A stretch of 64,000 bases of DNA from Candidatus Thorarchaeota archaeon (lineage in GTDB: Archaea > Asgardarchaeota > Thorarchaeia > Thorarchaeales > Thorarchaeaceae), in the NCBI GenBank assembly GCA_046482545.1, contig JAWOEX010000035.1:128001-192000 (forward strand), written 5' to 3'. Positions 53,424 through 64,000 of this stretch are shown here, piece by piece (position 1 is the stretch's first letter; each line of letters starts with the position of its first letter). The notes beneath the pieces were generated by a model. The model was not told the DNA's origin and did no database searches. It saw only the letters and a list, made by a program, of their open reading frames with translations. Made by a program: the position numbers and the translations under genes.

Positions 53424-53586
53424 TGCTATTCACCTCTAATTCCCCTAGAACATGATAAGATAGGCTCTGAGAGAAGTCGAGCATATTGACCCTCAAAAGC
53501 GAGAATTTAAGGATTTTGTTAAAGGGTTTTACTCTGAGAGTTCTCCCTGATGAAAGCTTTAATATCGAAGTCTCAGCCGCATATCT

Positions 53587-53823
53587 TTGATGACTGATTT
53601 ATCTCCGAACGAAAAATGTGTGCTGCAGATTCTTGAGCATGAGGGTCCACTAACTACTGCAGATCTCATCAAGGCATCTCGTTCCAGTGAGTACTCTCAT
53701 TTATGTACTGGTTGTGCAGGCGGAGACGCAATCCTCTCAGCAGCCCAGAGTCTTCTTCATAGTGGTTCTATCTCACGAGAACTTGGGAAGGACGGCTATT
53801 GCTGGCATTTGAAGGTTGAATGA
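53587..53823 (+). CDS. Small winged-helix-like protein with CxxC
   Basis: LSPNEKCVLQILEHEGPLT...CTGC; stop overlaps the sufS start. Confidence 0.55.
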   Translation: MMTDLSPNEKCVLQILEHEGPLTTADLIKASRSSEYSHLCTGCAGGDAILSAAQSLLHSGSISRELGKDGYCWHLKVE

Positions 53824-55076
53824 TTTCAATGGGTGACATCGAATGGTCTAAAATTAGAAATGACTTTCCGGTTCTAAATCGAAAGATTAACAGCCAAGGA
53901 ATTGTTTACTTGGACAGCGCCTGTATGGCTTTGAAGCCTGCGGTCGTCATAAATGCTATGAACGAATACTATGAGAAATTTTCTGCGTGTGGAGGACGTA
54001 GTGTTCATACACTTGCTGAGGAAGTCTCCAATGCTTTCTCAGAATCTAGGGCAGACTTCGCTCATTTCATAGGTGCATCACACTCCGAGGAATGCATCTG
54101 GACCAGAAACGCTACAGAATCCATCAATATGGTGGCTAGGTCCCTTCACATTCCACATGGTTCTAAGATTGTAACCAGTAGCCTAGAGCATCATAGTGGC
54201 TCGCTCCCATTCGTGGAACGAGCAAAGCGGGATAATCTCGAAGTGGAAGTTGTCACACCCAATAATAATGGCATCTTTGATATTGAAGACTGGAAGAACG
54301 CTATCGACTCAACCACTCGGATAGTATCCATTGTTCATTCGTCAAATGTAACGGGGACCATTGCACCGGTGGAGGAGATTGTGGAAATTGCTCATGATTG
54401 TGGAGCACTTGTACTTTCTGACGATGCTCAGTATGCTCCTCATCATCCACTTGATGTCAGGAAAAGCGATGTTGATTTCTCAGCTATTTCTGTTCACAAA
54501 ATGTGCGGCCCGACGGGGATGGGTGTGCTATACGGAAAATATGAACACCTAGAAGAGATGGACATGTTTCTTCATGGTGGCGATACAGTACAAGATGTGC
54601 GCTTTGAGCATGGTGAAATTAAACCCGAATATCTTCCCCCTCCAGAAAAATTCGAGGCTGGTTTACAGAATTACGCTGGAGTTATAGGCGCAGGGGCGGC
54701 AGCAAACTATCTTTGTTCCATAGGGATGGAACAAATCGAAAGACACGAGAAAGGTCTTCTTGATACCCTTCTATCAGAGCTTAGTTCAATGGAGCATGTG
54801 AGGATTGTAGGTCCACAATTCACCGAGAAAAGAACTGGACTCGTTACCTTTAGTATAGATACCGTTGCTTCAGCTCATGATGTAGCAACTTATCTTAGCT
54901 CAGAAAGAAATGTATTCATCCGTTCTGGAACTCATTGTGCCAATCCTTTTCATTATCAAATTGGCATTCCACCCGAGAAAGGCACTAACAGGGCCAGTGT
55001 CTACCTTTACAATAACAAGGACGATGTCAATTCACTATTGAATGCTATTAGTGATTTTGTTGAAGTGACCTCCTAG
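53820..55076 (+). CDS. sufS: Cysteine desulfurase (SufS/class II)
   Basis: YLDSA, EHHS, HKMCGPTG, KFEAG, RSGTHCA. Confidence 0.92.
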   Translation: MISMGDIEWSKIRNDFPVLNRKINSQGIVYLDSACMALKPAVVINAMNEYYEKFSACGGRSVHTLAEEVSNAFSESRADFAHFIGASHSEECIWTRNATESINMVARSLHIPHGSKIVTSSLEHHSGSLPFVERAKRDNLEVEVVTPNNNGIFDIEDWKNAIDSTTRIVSIVHSSNVTGTIAPVEEIVEIAHDCGALVLSDDAQYAPHHPLDVRKSDVDFSAISVHKMCGPTGMGVLYGKYEHLEEMDMFLHGGDTVQDVRFEHGEIKPEYLPPPEKFEAGLQNYAGVIGAGAAANYLCSIGMEQIERHEKGLLDTLLSELSSMEHVRIVGPQFTEKRTGLVTFSIDTVASAHDVATYLSSERNVFIRSGTHCANPFHYQIGIPPEKGTNRASVYLYNNKDDVNSLLNAISDFVEVTS

Positions 55077-56845
55077 CTCAAAAGACTTGAAATGCTTTTC
55101 TTCAATCGTTTAATCTCGTCTACTGGATCCGCGAAATCTAGATTAGCAGCTGATAGATTGACGGATTCTCTATACTTTCTGACCCTTCCTTGTACCACCA
55201 CATACTTCCCAAGAATCTTATCTGAGTGGTTTTCCAATGGTTCTAGTTGGTTCTCAGATTCAGAGATCATCTCATTAGCCTCGGCAGCTGTCATTCCAAG
55301 AAGATGTTCCCCTGTTTGCCCGAATAGGGTTGTTCTGATAGATCCTGATCCATCATCAATGGTGATTTTATAAAGCATTCTGGGTTCCGGCTCGTCAATC
55401 TCCCCACATACTCTACAACTGTAATTGCCATTTTGCTTCTCTACCTTTTTCCTGCAATTGGGACATGCCAAATACACGGGGCTAGTCTGCCCAACAGAAA
55501 CTATTATCCCACATATCTCCACACTCTTACCCTCATCTTCTTCGTCAATATTGTCAATCATTACCCTCCCCTCACGAACGGGTCCGCTAGTGGTGATTTC
55601 TGATGTGTCGAGCTGACCGAGTTCAGAATCGTTGGGATTGACTTCTACTTCTGCTTTCCGACCCAAATGGAATTCGACATCATCTCGAAAACCCTCTTTG
55701 ACGTAGCCGTGTTGTACCCGAATGATATCTCCTTCCTTCAAATCCTCCAATTTATCTACATTCTCATTCCAGATTGTTACGCGAATGCTACCTGATTTGT
55801 CAGCAGCAACTAAGTTCTGCACCTTTCCTTCTTTCTCATCTTTCTCGAAAGATTTTGGAGGAAATATCCTGACTACCTTCGCTTCTATGTCTACATCCCA
55901 CATGCCCACATCCAATTTGGAAATCTCCTTTTTGCCAGCACTTTCTCTGCCTCCTTCAGAGCCAACAAGCTCTTCTGACACTTCTATCTCCTTGTCCAAT
56001 CCCCTCTCAATTGTAGACGTTCTTCCCGCGTGCAACTCAACTTCGTCATATTTTCCTTTTCTAGTGTACCCCCCCGTCAGCCGGATTACTTCTCCTTCAG
56101 ATACATCTTTCATTTCTTCGGCATTATCGTCCCAGAAGACTAGTCTGATACTACCTGTTTCGTCTGCACCAATCAGGCTTATCACTTTTCCTTCCTTTCC
56201 ATCCGATTTTCGAGTAAAGGTAGAGAATCTAAACACTCGCATGACCTTCACAACTAGGGAAACATCGTATACCCCCTCTTCCAGGTCTTCTATCTGGACT
56301 TGCTCTACATCTGGAACATCTAGGTTGAATTCTTCCTTTTCGTATTCATCAAGCACCTTTATCCCCCCCATTCGACCTAGATTTAATTCCAATGAATCTC
56401 CCAACCCCTTCTTGACATACCCCCCTCTTATTTGAACCACATCATCTACGTTGATTATGCTCTCTGAGACAGCTCTTGTTTTTTCGTCCCATAGGACCAC
56501 TCTCAACCTTCCCGTATCATCTCCAACCATGATGCTAGTAACTCTTCCTTCGGTACCATCCTTACGCTCAAAAGTTCTAACAGTGCCAACACTCACAACC
56601 TTAGCTGTTAGGTTAATATTTCTACTACCATCTGCTATGTCCTCTATTTTTAATCGGCTCTTTGGCGAGACCTGATGGAGGTCTATACCAAGCTCTCGTG
56701 CTACAATCATTGCAGCCGATTCTTCGTTTACTACTTCGGGTCCTAGCTCTTGTCGTTTCTCTTCAATCATCTCCAGTATGTCTTTTCGTTCATATTCCGG
56801 AAGATGTTTTAGTATCAGTTGGATTATTTCTTCAAGCGAAAGCAA
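55073..56845 (-). CDS. rpa: Replication protein A (multiple OB folds plus Zn finger)
   Basis: Repeated D.TG.IR..LW OB folds; YLACPNC...CRVC. Confidence 0.92.
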   Translation of the reverse strand: MLSLEEIIQLILKHLPEYERKDILEMIEEKRQELGPEVVNEESAAMIVARELGIDLHQVSPKSRLKIEDIADGSRNINLTAKVVSVGTVRTFERKDGTEGRVTSIMVGDDTGRLRVVLWDEKTRAVSESIINVDDVVQIRGGYVKKGLGDSLELNLGRMGGIKVLDEYEKEEFNLDVPDVEQVQIEDLEEGVYDVSLVVKVMRVFRFSTFTRKSDGKEGKVISLIGADETGSIRLVFWDDNAEEMKDVSEGEVIRLTGGYTRKGKYDEVELHAGRTSTIERGLDKEIEVSEELVGSEGGRESAGKKEISKLDVGMWDVDIEAKVVRIFPPKSFEKDEKEGKVQNLVAADKSGSIRVTIWNENVDKLEDLKEGDIIRVQHGYVKEGFRDDVEFHLGRKAEVEVNPNDSELGQLDTSEITTSGPVREGRVMIDNIDEEDEGKSVEICGIIVSVGQTSPVYLACPNCRKKVEKQNGNYSCRVCGEIDEPEPRMLYKITIDDGSGSIRTTLFGQTGEHLLGMTAAEANEMISESENQLEPLENHSDKILGKYVVVQGRVRKYRESVNLSAANLDFADPVDEIKRLKKSISSLLS

Positions 56846-57127
56846 TGTTTACCACTAACCGTATTCCGATATTGTACGACTCTGTAACTATGATTTGGGG
56901 ATTAGGCTATAAAGTGATATGCTCACCAATACAGAGTTATTCTTTATTTTCACAGTCTGATTCATCTTCTGCTCCCCTGTGGATACTTTCCTCTAGCAGT
57001 AAAAACAGAAAAACCCAAAACATGCTGCATCCGTTTAGACAGAACGACTCTTCCGGAATACGCGAAATTAAAATTCTTACTGCCAATAGAAAATGCTTGA
57101 GCCATGTTGAAATGCTTGTGATACAAA

Positions 57128-60100
57128 ATGGACGACTCTAAACCCGATCTCCCTGTGCACACGATATATTATGACGCATATTTCGAGTCGCTAAATGAAC
57201 GCATCCATAAAATCTACAATATTGCTGAGACTGCCCGAGGGCAGGGCTACGATCCTAAGCCCTTTGTGGAAATACCTCCTGCACACGATGTTGCAGCTAG
57301 AGTAGAGGCCACACTAGGGGGCCCAAAAGGGGTTGCAAATCGTATTCGTGAGCTCCAAAAAGAGATGACTCGGGAGGAAGTTGCTTTCACCGTTGCAGGT
57401 GAAATTGCAAAGGGCGATTTGGGTAATATGGACGATGATGAAAAAGCAGCTGATAAGGCTGTTAGAGTTGGTCTGGCTATTCTAACAGAAAGCATCACTG
57501 CTGCCCCATTAGAAGGCATTGCTAAAGTTCGGATTAGGGGATCCGACTCAGACAAGTATTTGGCATTATACCTAGCTGGTCCGATTCGCGCGGCCGGTGG
57601 AACTGAAGCTGCTATGACTGTGTTGGTTGCTGACTATGTTCGTCAAACATTAGGTCTTCCACCTTTTCAGGCATCAGATAGGGAAATCGAACGCGCTGTT
57701 GAAGAGGTAGAGCTTTATTCGAAATCAGTCCATCTACAATACCCCGTTCATTCAGATTTGGTTCGTTTTGCCTCATCGAAGTTGCCTATCATGCTTACCG
57801 GTGAACCAACGGAGGAATTTGAGGTGTCAGGTAGTAGAGACCTTGACCGGGTGGAGACCAACCGCGTAAGAGGCGGCTCGGTGCTAGTATTAAACGATGG
57901 AGTAGTTGGAAGAGCATCCAAGCTGGCGAAGATTGTCAACAGCATGAAGATAAAGGGTTGGAACTGGTTGAATGAGCTTGCTGGAAAAACAAGGAAAGAA
58001 AAGGAGGGAAAAGACAATGACGCTACTGAGATACTATCGCCAAAATCTGATTATTTAGCTGATGTAATCGGTGGGCGTCCAGTATTTTCTCATCCTTCGA
58101 GACGGACAGGGTTTCGCTTACGGTATGGTCGGTCTAGAAATACGGGTCTCGCAGGCGTGGGAGTCCATCCTGCAACTATGTATCTTGTTGAGTCATTTCT
58201 TGCACCGGGTACTCATATTCGAACTGAGCGCCCAGGCAAAGGCTCGATTGTTACACCTGTTGATTCAATTGAAGGGCCAATTATTCTTCTCAAGAATGGC
58301 ACTGTTAAGCAAATTGAAACTGCAGCAGAGGCACGTGAGATTCAAGATTGCCTTGAACGCATACTGTATCTAGGAGACATAATGATTGCTTTGGGTGAGT
58401 TCATTGAGAATAATCATCCTCTTGTTACTCCGGGATACTGTGAAGAATGGTGGTCTCATGACCTAGAAAATGCATGTTCCCAGCTGAGTGTCCAAGAGCT
58501 CGAAGTCAAGCTTGGTGATACAGACATCAAATTAGAGCGACTGAATGCGATTATCGACTATCCTTTGTCCGAGCGTCCTACACCTAGTGAAGCTATACTT
58601 CTTTCCGAAATTCTTGATATTCCACTGCATCCAAGGTATACCTATCGCTGGCCAGCTCTATCACCAGATGAGTTTAAGACCCTCCGGAAATGGTTTTTCG
58701 CTAATTATGAAATTGAAGAGACCGATGGACATAGTATGATTATTTTGCCTTATGATGCGGATCAGAAAGAACTTCTCTGTAAGGCAGCTATACCTCACTC
58801 ACTTTCGTCAAATGATTCGAGAATTCAGCTTTCTGATGTTATTCAAACGGTACTGGCTCAGTTTGGTGATGAAAACCAAGAATGCAAAGGTGATGATGCT
58901 CTTCAACTGGTTAATTCAGTTACAGAAATACCACTTCGTGACAGGATTGGTTTCTCTATTGGAGCACGAATGGGTCGACCCGAAAAGGCTGAAGAACGAA
59001 AGATGCGCCCTCCGGTCCAAGTTCTTTTTCCGGTAGGTCGTTCGCTATCAAGTGAGCGCGAAATCCAGAAAGTGGCTGAGGCTTCAAGAAGAATTACAAC
59101 GCTAGAATCGTTTGAGGGTAAACCCGATGATGAAGGTAAGCACAAGCCTTCGGGCACTCCTCTCGAGATGGTTTCAAGGGCATGCAAATCATGTGGGGCT
59201 AAAACTTTCGAATCACGTTGTCCAGAGTGCGGTTCTCACACAGAATTGGAGCGATGGTGTTCTCAAGAGGACTGCGGTCGTCCAGTGGATGAGGACACAG
59301 GCCTTTGCCCTGTTGGTCATAATCCAAATCTAGTCAAATCGACAAAGACGTATTGCGTTGATCTTGAGCATTTATTGGAGCATGCAAAAGCAGAAATTGG
59401 TGAACCTCAAACGTATGGTGTTCGGGGTGTTCTAGGCTTAACTAGTGAACAGAAGGTTCCTGAACACCTCGGAAAAGGTATACTACGGGCCAAACATGAA
59501 GTTTACTGCTATCGAGATGGTACAGCCCGCTTTGATGCCACAGATGCCCCACTCACGCATTTCCGCCCATCTGAAATTGGGATTTCCATAAAACGCCTTC
59601 GTGAATTAGGGTACACTAATGACTACGAGGGAAAGTCTCTTACATCGAAAAATCAGATACTCGAACTGAAAGTACAAGACTTGGTAGTTCCGAAGAATTG
59701 CGCAGAGTATCTTTTGAGGGTAGGGAATTTTGTAGATGATTCCTTGAAGAGAATATACGATTTGAATCCCTATTATAAGTTCAGAAGAACTGACGATTTG
59801 ATTGGGCAGCTTGTAATCGGACTTGCCCCTCATACCTCTTCTGGTATCATTGGGAGAATTATTGGTTTCACCGATGCAAGTCTATGTTATGCCCATCCCT
59901 ACTGGCATGCGGCTAAGAGGCGCAATTGTGACGGTGATGAGGACGCATTAATATTGGTATTAGATGCGCTCCTCAATTTCTCTAAATCGTATCTGCCCGC
60001 GGGTCGAGGTGGTTTCATGGATGCCCCTCTAGTTCTTTCCGTCATTCTGGATCCAAAGGAGGTTGACGATGAAAGCCACAACATCGAAATTTGTAGTAGA

Positions 60101-60670
60101 TATCCTGCTGCATTTTATGAAATGGCAGCACAAAGAAAACACCCCAAGAGTGTCGAAAGCTTGGTGGATATTATTGCCTCACGATTAGGCTCTTCAGCTC
60201 AATACGAGGGATTCTCCTTTACCCACGATACTTCTTCGATTGATGAAGGCCCAACAAACACACGATACAAAACGCTTGGTTCAATGGTAGACAAGCTTGA
60301 AGCACAACTACGGCTGGCCCACCTCATCGATGCTGTAGATGTCAAAGATGTTGCTGAAAGAGTACTATCACATCATTTCATACGCGACATAATGGGCAAT
60401 CTTCGTGCCTTTTCGACCCAGAAAGTCCAGTGTCTCAAATGTCGACGCGTCTATAGGCGCATTCCCCTTTCAGGTAAATGTGTGTGTGGCAAGGACTTAT
60501 CTTTGACAGTTCGGCAGAAGAATATATCAAAATACCTCGGGATAGCGCAGAAGATGATTGAAGATTACCACCTTGGGACATACCTTCGACAGCGACTTAA
60601 CTTAATAGATGATGCTATTGATTCGCTATTTTTCTCGGAGCAGACTGCCCTAACTGATTTCTTAGAGTGA
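57128..60670 (+). CDS. polC: DNA polymerase D large subunit DP2
   Basis: GPIRAAGGT, FRLRYGRSRNTG, KRRNCDGDED; C-terminal PIP box QTALTDF. Confidence 0.98.
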   Translation: MDDSKPDLPVHTIYYDAYFESLNERIHKIYNIAETARGQGYDPKPFVEIPPAHDVAARVEATLGGPKGVANRIRELQKEMTREEVAFTVAGEIAKGDLGNMDDDEKAADKAVRVGLAILTESITAAPLEGIAKVRIRGSDSDKYLALYLAGPIRAAGGTEAAMTVLVADYVRQTLGLPPFQASDREIERAVEEVELYSKSVHLQYPVHSDLVRFASSKLPIMLTGEPTEEFEVSGSRDLDRVETNRVRGGSVLVLNDGVVGRASKLAKIVNSMKIKGWNWLNELAGKTRKEKEGKDNDATEILSPKSDYLADVIGGRPVFSHPSRRTGFRLRYGRSRNTGLAGVGVHPATMYLVESFLAPGTHIRTERPGKGSIVTPVDSIEGPIILLKNGTVKQIETAAEAREIQDCLERILYLGDIMIALGEFIENNHPLVTPGYCEEWWSHDLENACSQLSVQELEVKLGDTDIKLERLNAIIDYPLSERPTPSEAILLSEILDIPLHPRYTYRWPALSPDEFKTLRKWFFANYEIEETDGHSMIILPYDADQKELLCKAAIPHSLSSNDSRIQLSDVIQTVLAQFGDENQECKGDDALQLVNSVTEIPLRDRIGFSIGARMGRPEKAEERKMRPPVQVLFPVGRSLSSEREIQKVAEASRRITTLESFEGKPDDEGKHKPSGTPLEMVSRACKSCGAKTFESRCPECGSHTELERWCSQEDCGRPVDEDTGLCPVGHNPNLVKSTKTYCVDLEHLLEHAKAEIGEPQTYGVRGVLGLTSEQKVPEHLGKGILRAKHEVYCYRDGTARFDATDAPLTHFRPSEIGISIKRLRELGYTNDYEGKSLTSKNQILELKVQDLVVPKNCAEYLLRVGNFVDDSLKRIYDLNPYYKFRRTDDLIGQLVIGLAPHTSSGIIGRIIGFTDASLCYAHPYWHAAKRRNCDGDEDALILVLDALLNFSKSYLPAGRGGFMDAPLVLSVILDPKEVDDESHNIEICSRYPAAFYEMAAQRKHPKSVESLVDIIASRLGSSAQYEGFSFTHDTSSIDEGPTNTRYKTLGSMVDKLEAQLRLAHLIDAVDVKDVAERVLSHHFIRDIMGNLRAFSTQKVQCLKCRRVYRRIPLSGKCVCGKDLSLTVRQKNISKYLGIAQKMIEDYHLGTYLRQRLNLIDDAIDSLFFSEQTALTDFLE

Positions 60671-60677
60671 GGAGTGT

Positions 60678-61523
60678 CTATTCAACTGCAAGCTTCAGCA
60701 AATCTCTATCCTCAATCATACCGATTAGAGCATTCTTCGCAGATAGCACAGGCGCTTGGTCTATATTATTCCTTCTAAGGATTCTCACACATTCTGCTAC
60801 AGTTGTAACTTCACTTACATTGATGATTTTCTGTGTCATGACCTCACTTACTGGCACATGCGGTAGCCGTAGCAGTTTCTTTGTTACGACTAGGAAATCT
60901 TTGGACGTCCAACCCCACTCTACGCCTGTTTCAGTCCCGCTGAAAGTGGAACTTACATTATCTTCAACGGTAACTTCTGATAGCCGAATGAAATCACTAA
61001 CGGAAATCAGACCAGTTACACCACCGTTCTCATTCATTGCAACAAGAGCGTTCTTCTGGGCCATTTCCATTATCATATAGGAAAGCGGCAAAGGGGTTTT
61101 CTCCCATATAGCTATTACTCTCTCATTGATGTAATCTACAATGTTTTCTTTCTGATATTTGTCGCTTGGTTCAAGTACCGCTCCCAATATATCCGGGATT
61201 GTAACCAGTCCCAACAATTCATTGTTTTCAACAACTGGTAGTCTACGAAAGTTCTCCTCGACCATTATCTGCGCAGCTTCATGGATATCAGTATCGGGTG
61301 ATACTGTGATTGGATCTCTAACCATTAGCATAGCAAGTTGGTTCTCATCTGGTTTACGTAACAAATCGCTTCTTGTTACTATGCCTACCAATTCCTTCGT
61401 TCCTTTCTTGCAGACAGGAAAACCATTAATTTCCTTCTCTGCCATGATTTGCAGTACATCATCCCTTGTACCTGGGACGGAAACGTACACAACATCGGAT
61501 TTCATGCAGTCTGATACCTTCAT
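60678..61523 (-). CDS. CBS-domain protein (4 CBS)
   Basis: Repeated CBS motifs (PV...LVGIVT..D). Confidence 0.88.
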   Translation of the reverse strand: MKVSDCMKSDVVYVSVPGTRDDVLQIMAEKEINGFPVCKKGTKELVGIVTRSDLLRKPDENQLAMLMVRDPITVSPDTDIHEAAQIMVEENFRRLPVVENNELLGLVTIPDILGAVLEPSDKYQKENIVDYINERVIAIWEKTPLPLSYMIMEMAQKNALVAMNENGGVTGLISVSDFIRLSEVTVEDNVSSTFSGTETGVEWGWTSKDFLVVTKKLLRLPHVPVSEVMTQKIINVSEVTTVAECVRILRRNNIDQAPVLSAKNALIGMIEDRDLLKLAVE

Positions 61524-61661
61524 TGTTGAGTCTACTCCGGTATTATTCACTAAAACCTGTTCAAGAGATTCCACAAATGGTTCGTCTATTCTGTTCCATG
61601 TACCCCTTTGTGAGAATAAGCGTAGACACTTTCCCAAACATAAAAGGTTGTCGAAATGCTT

Positions 61662-62222
61662 CTACCATGGCTTATCCTTCAAACCAAGCGTATAGCCGGT
61701 GATATTGGATATACAATGGACACCAAGGGTTATCATTATGAGAATTGAGGTATATTGTCGTGCCGGCGATATAAGGGGTGATGAGAATAATAATGCCATG
61801 ATGATGAAGCCAAGCTGGTCGAGTACAGGCGCAGGATTACCACTACGAATGTCAGCTCTTCTCTTTACAAATGATCCAATCATATCTCCTGTCAGTGCGC
61901 CTATAGATTGTAGAAATGAGATTGATACTGTCAAATTAAGGACTGAAAGCATTTCAGGAGTGACCAGAACATAATGGCTCACCTCTGCTATTAAAAAAGG
62001 CGCTATGAACGACTGGATTGCTCCTATAACCGTTCCAAAGAGAACCCCACTAGCGAATCCCTTTATTGTTTTTCCATCTCCTAGAACTCTCTTTCCGTCG
62101 ATGAAATTTCTTCCCATATCTATAGGCAAACCGCCGCCAAGAATAACAGGTACAGCATTTGCTATCCACGCCGGCAGACCAAGCCAAATAGAGAGACCTA
62201 CTAGAGCTAACACCTCATACAT
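61662..62222 (-). CDS. carS: CDP-archaeol synthase
   Basis: ANAVPV, PIDMG, GDGKT, GDMIGSFVKRR, LDQL, LKDKPW. Confidence 0.94.
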   Translation of the reverse strand: MYEVLALVGLSIWLGLPAWIANAVPVILGGGLPIDMGRNFIDGKRVLGDGKTIKGFASGVLFGTVIGAIQSFIAPFLIAEVSHYVLVTPEMLSVLNLTVSISFLQSIGALTGDMIGSFVKRRADIRSGNPAPVLDQLGFIIMALLFSSPLISPARQYTSILIMITLGVHCISNITGYTLGLKDKPW

Positions 62223-62246
62223 GTCTCATTCTTTGTCCCCTAATTC

Positions 62247-62951
62247 TTATCTATCAATCTCTTCTCTATGAACCTTCAGTCCCGCCTCAGTTAGATATAG
62301 GCTTCGCTTATTTGATTCTCCTTCGTTCTTTTGACGTTCGACTATTCTCTCCCCGTTTTCCCTACCAACCGCCATTCTGAGAGTGCGGTCCGCCCAGTAT
62401 TGCATTATATTCTTTGCAACTGGTTCGAAGTCAGTAGCAGCATCGAAGCTACCTCTAGCCTGATTCAGGACGAGTAACGCCATATCTTGCTGCTTGATGA
62501 TTCCCTTTAGTATGCCTGTTTGAGTATTGAGCTGGCGATGGGCAGCATAGTTTCTCTTCTTGTTACTAAGCACACTTCTGTAGAGTCTAGTCATAGTGTC
62601 CACTACAACAAGCTTCGTGTTTTCTCTTGCATACGATTCCAGTTCAGCAATGATTTCTCCCTGTTGCTGAAAGCTTACTGGCGAAACCAGTGTGACTTTT
62701 TCTTTCAGTTGTTCGAATTGCTTGTTAGATATCTGCTCTAGCCTCGAGATGGGGGATGCCGACTCCGAATTAATATATAAACTCAGAATTCCAGTTCTGT
62801 ATGCTGATTGGACAAACTGCAATGCGAGAGTGGTCTTACCAGCAGCGGCTTCTCCGTAGATATGCGTAAGCTGGCCAGTATGTAAACCCCCTTCCAGCAA
62901 TGTGTCAACTGCACAATTTCCGGATGGAAGAATCAATAATTGGTTCACCAA
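62247..62951 (-). CDS. radB: DNA repair protein RadB
   Basis: LLEGG, GEAAAGKT, LVVVDT, LNQ; no RadA N-terminal domain. Confidence 0.85.
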   Translation of the reverse strand: MVNQLLILPSGNCAVDTLLEGGLHTGQLTHIYGEAAAGKTTLALQFVQSAYRTGILSLYINSESASPISRLEQISNKQFEQLKEKVTLVSPVSFQQQGEIIAELESYARENTKLVVVDTMTRLYRSVLSNKKRNYAAHRQLNTQTGILKGIIKQQDMALLVLNQARGSFDAATDFEPVAKNIMQYWADRTLRMAVGRENGERIVERQKNEGESNKRSLYLTEAGLKVHREEIDR

Positions 62952-63019
62952 TCTGAGGACTAATTAATTTGCTACATAAACCTAATCTTAGATATGATAA
63001 CGAAAGAAGGTACTAGCAG

Positions 63020-63775
63020 ATGGAGAAATTTCAGGTTGCCGTAGCAACGAGGAATCCAAGAACCATATATCTAAGTGTTCAATTGCTTGAAGATTTGGGT
63101 TTATCCTTCGTCATTTGTCCACCTAATGACATTCGGTGCGCTTCGGCTAAAGTTGTAATTACTGATACTGATGACACCCCTTGTACCTTTAATCCGGGAA
63201 GGCAAGTTGTTGTTTCAGGATATTTTGACGTTGATATTGTTGCCATTGAAATCATGATGAACCTTTTCGAGATTGATGCCCCCCACTCCTTGGCGATTGG
63301 TGTTGACCCTGGTTTAAGATTTGGATTAGCATTAGTAGCTGATGGCACCGCAGTTTATGCAAAAACGCTGTGTTCACCATCTGAAGCTGCGCAGGATACT
63401 AGGCACTGGGTCTCGGAGCTTTCCACACACACCGGATTTCCGCATACAACGGTAAGAGTGGGAACTGGTTCGCGACTGTATGCTGCTCTGTATCTTCGAG
63501 AGCTATCATCTCGTTCTGAGGATATTCCTGTTGAGATGGTAGATGAAAGCTACACTAGCATTGATGCTTCTGATGAATCTTCAGCTGTTCTCATTGCCTC
63601 CCGTCGCGGGAGAGAGTATCTGGAATCAGATTCTAAGCTTGAACCTAAGCGAGGATATATCCGCTCCTTAAAGCATCTGGTCAGGACCCTTAGTCAAGGA
63701 CGTGTAAATCTTACGACAAATCAAGCTCGCGAGGTGCTTCTTGGTAGAATGGGGCTTTCTCCCTTTTTGGAATGA
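63020..63775 (+). CDS. RNase H-fold (YqgF-like) hypothetical protein
   Basis: IGVDPG...VRVG...VDESYTS...DESSAVLIA. Confidence 0.7.
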   Translation: MEKFQVAVATRNPRTIYLSVQLLEDLGLSFVICPPNDIRCASAKVVITDTDDTPCTFNPGRQVVVSGYFDVDIVAIEIMMNLFEIDAPHSLAIGVDPGLRFGLALVADGTAVYAKTLCSPSEAAQDTRHWVSELSTHTGFPHTTVRVGTGSRLYAALYLRELSSRSEDIPVEMVDESYTSIDASDESSAVLIASRRGREYLESDSKLEPKRGYIRSLKHLVRTLSQGRVNLTTNQAREVLLGRMGLSPFLE

Positions 63776-63781
63776 TAATCC

Positions 63782-64000
63782 CTAGCGAAAGAATCCCCGC
63801 ACCTCATCTTCTACCATATCGGGATTATCCGGCAGAGTATGGGTAACCTCAAGTAGCCAATTTGGCATGAATCTTTTCAGGTATCCTGTTGCAAAACGTT
63901 GATCCAAGAATGCTATTATGCCCTTATCATCCAGCTTTCTAACTGGTCGTCCCGCTGCCTGTATTGCCCTAGTCATGGCAGGTAGCACATAACCATAATC
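63782..64000 (-). CDS. C-terminus of an XPD/Rad3/DinG-family helicase (truncated by window edge)
   Basis: YVLPAMTRAIQAAGRPVR..DDKG....LDQRF...MPNW. Confidence 0.88.
   Translation of the reverse strand, partial: DYGYVLPAMTRAIQAAGRPVRKLDDKGIIAFLDQRFATGYLKRFMPNWLLEVTHTLPDNPDMVEDEVRGFFR

Noticed and set aside
57128-60670. Intein in DP2 (or in the RNA polymerase subunits, aIF5B or Lhr)
   Set aside because: Lengths are normal and the conserved motifs, e.g. KRRNCDGDED, are uninterrupted

Overview
Archaeal chromosomal DNA, most likely from an Asgard archaeon (Thorarchaeota-like; inferred from an unsplit Rpo2, Elf1, PolD DP2, EgsA/CarS, a small Ras/Arf-like GTPase, an arrestin-fold gene and intron-rich tRNAs). 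Most of the window is housekeeping: RNA polymerase and ribosomal-protein operons, EF-1alpha, aIF5B, SRP RNA, five intron-containing tRNAs, an archaeal mevalonate-pathway operon, lhr, RPA, DP2 and radB. The most unusual part is a GC-rich accessory block at about 5.4-13.5 kb. It holds a stand-alone TnpB/Cas12f-like RuvC nuclease with a Fanzor-type rearranged catalytic site (Gly at the usual Glu, alternative Glu in PENWTS), a PIP-box-like tail, a structured putative omega-RNA and 14-bp inverted repeats. Divergent from it, across a 4 x 42-bp repeat, is a giant (~1,870 aa if one frameshift is repaired) unknown protein with a RecB-type PD-(D/E)XK nuclease and a degenerate RecA-like domain. Other notable items: an ECF transporter cluster with two Cys-less sulfite-oxidase-like domains, uniform 30-32 nt tRNA introns, an SRP RNA with an extended helix 8, and weak OST4-like and OST48-like candidates. 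All family calls are from motif recognition only; no searches were run.
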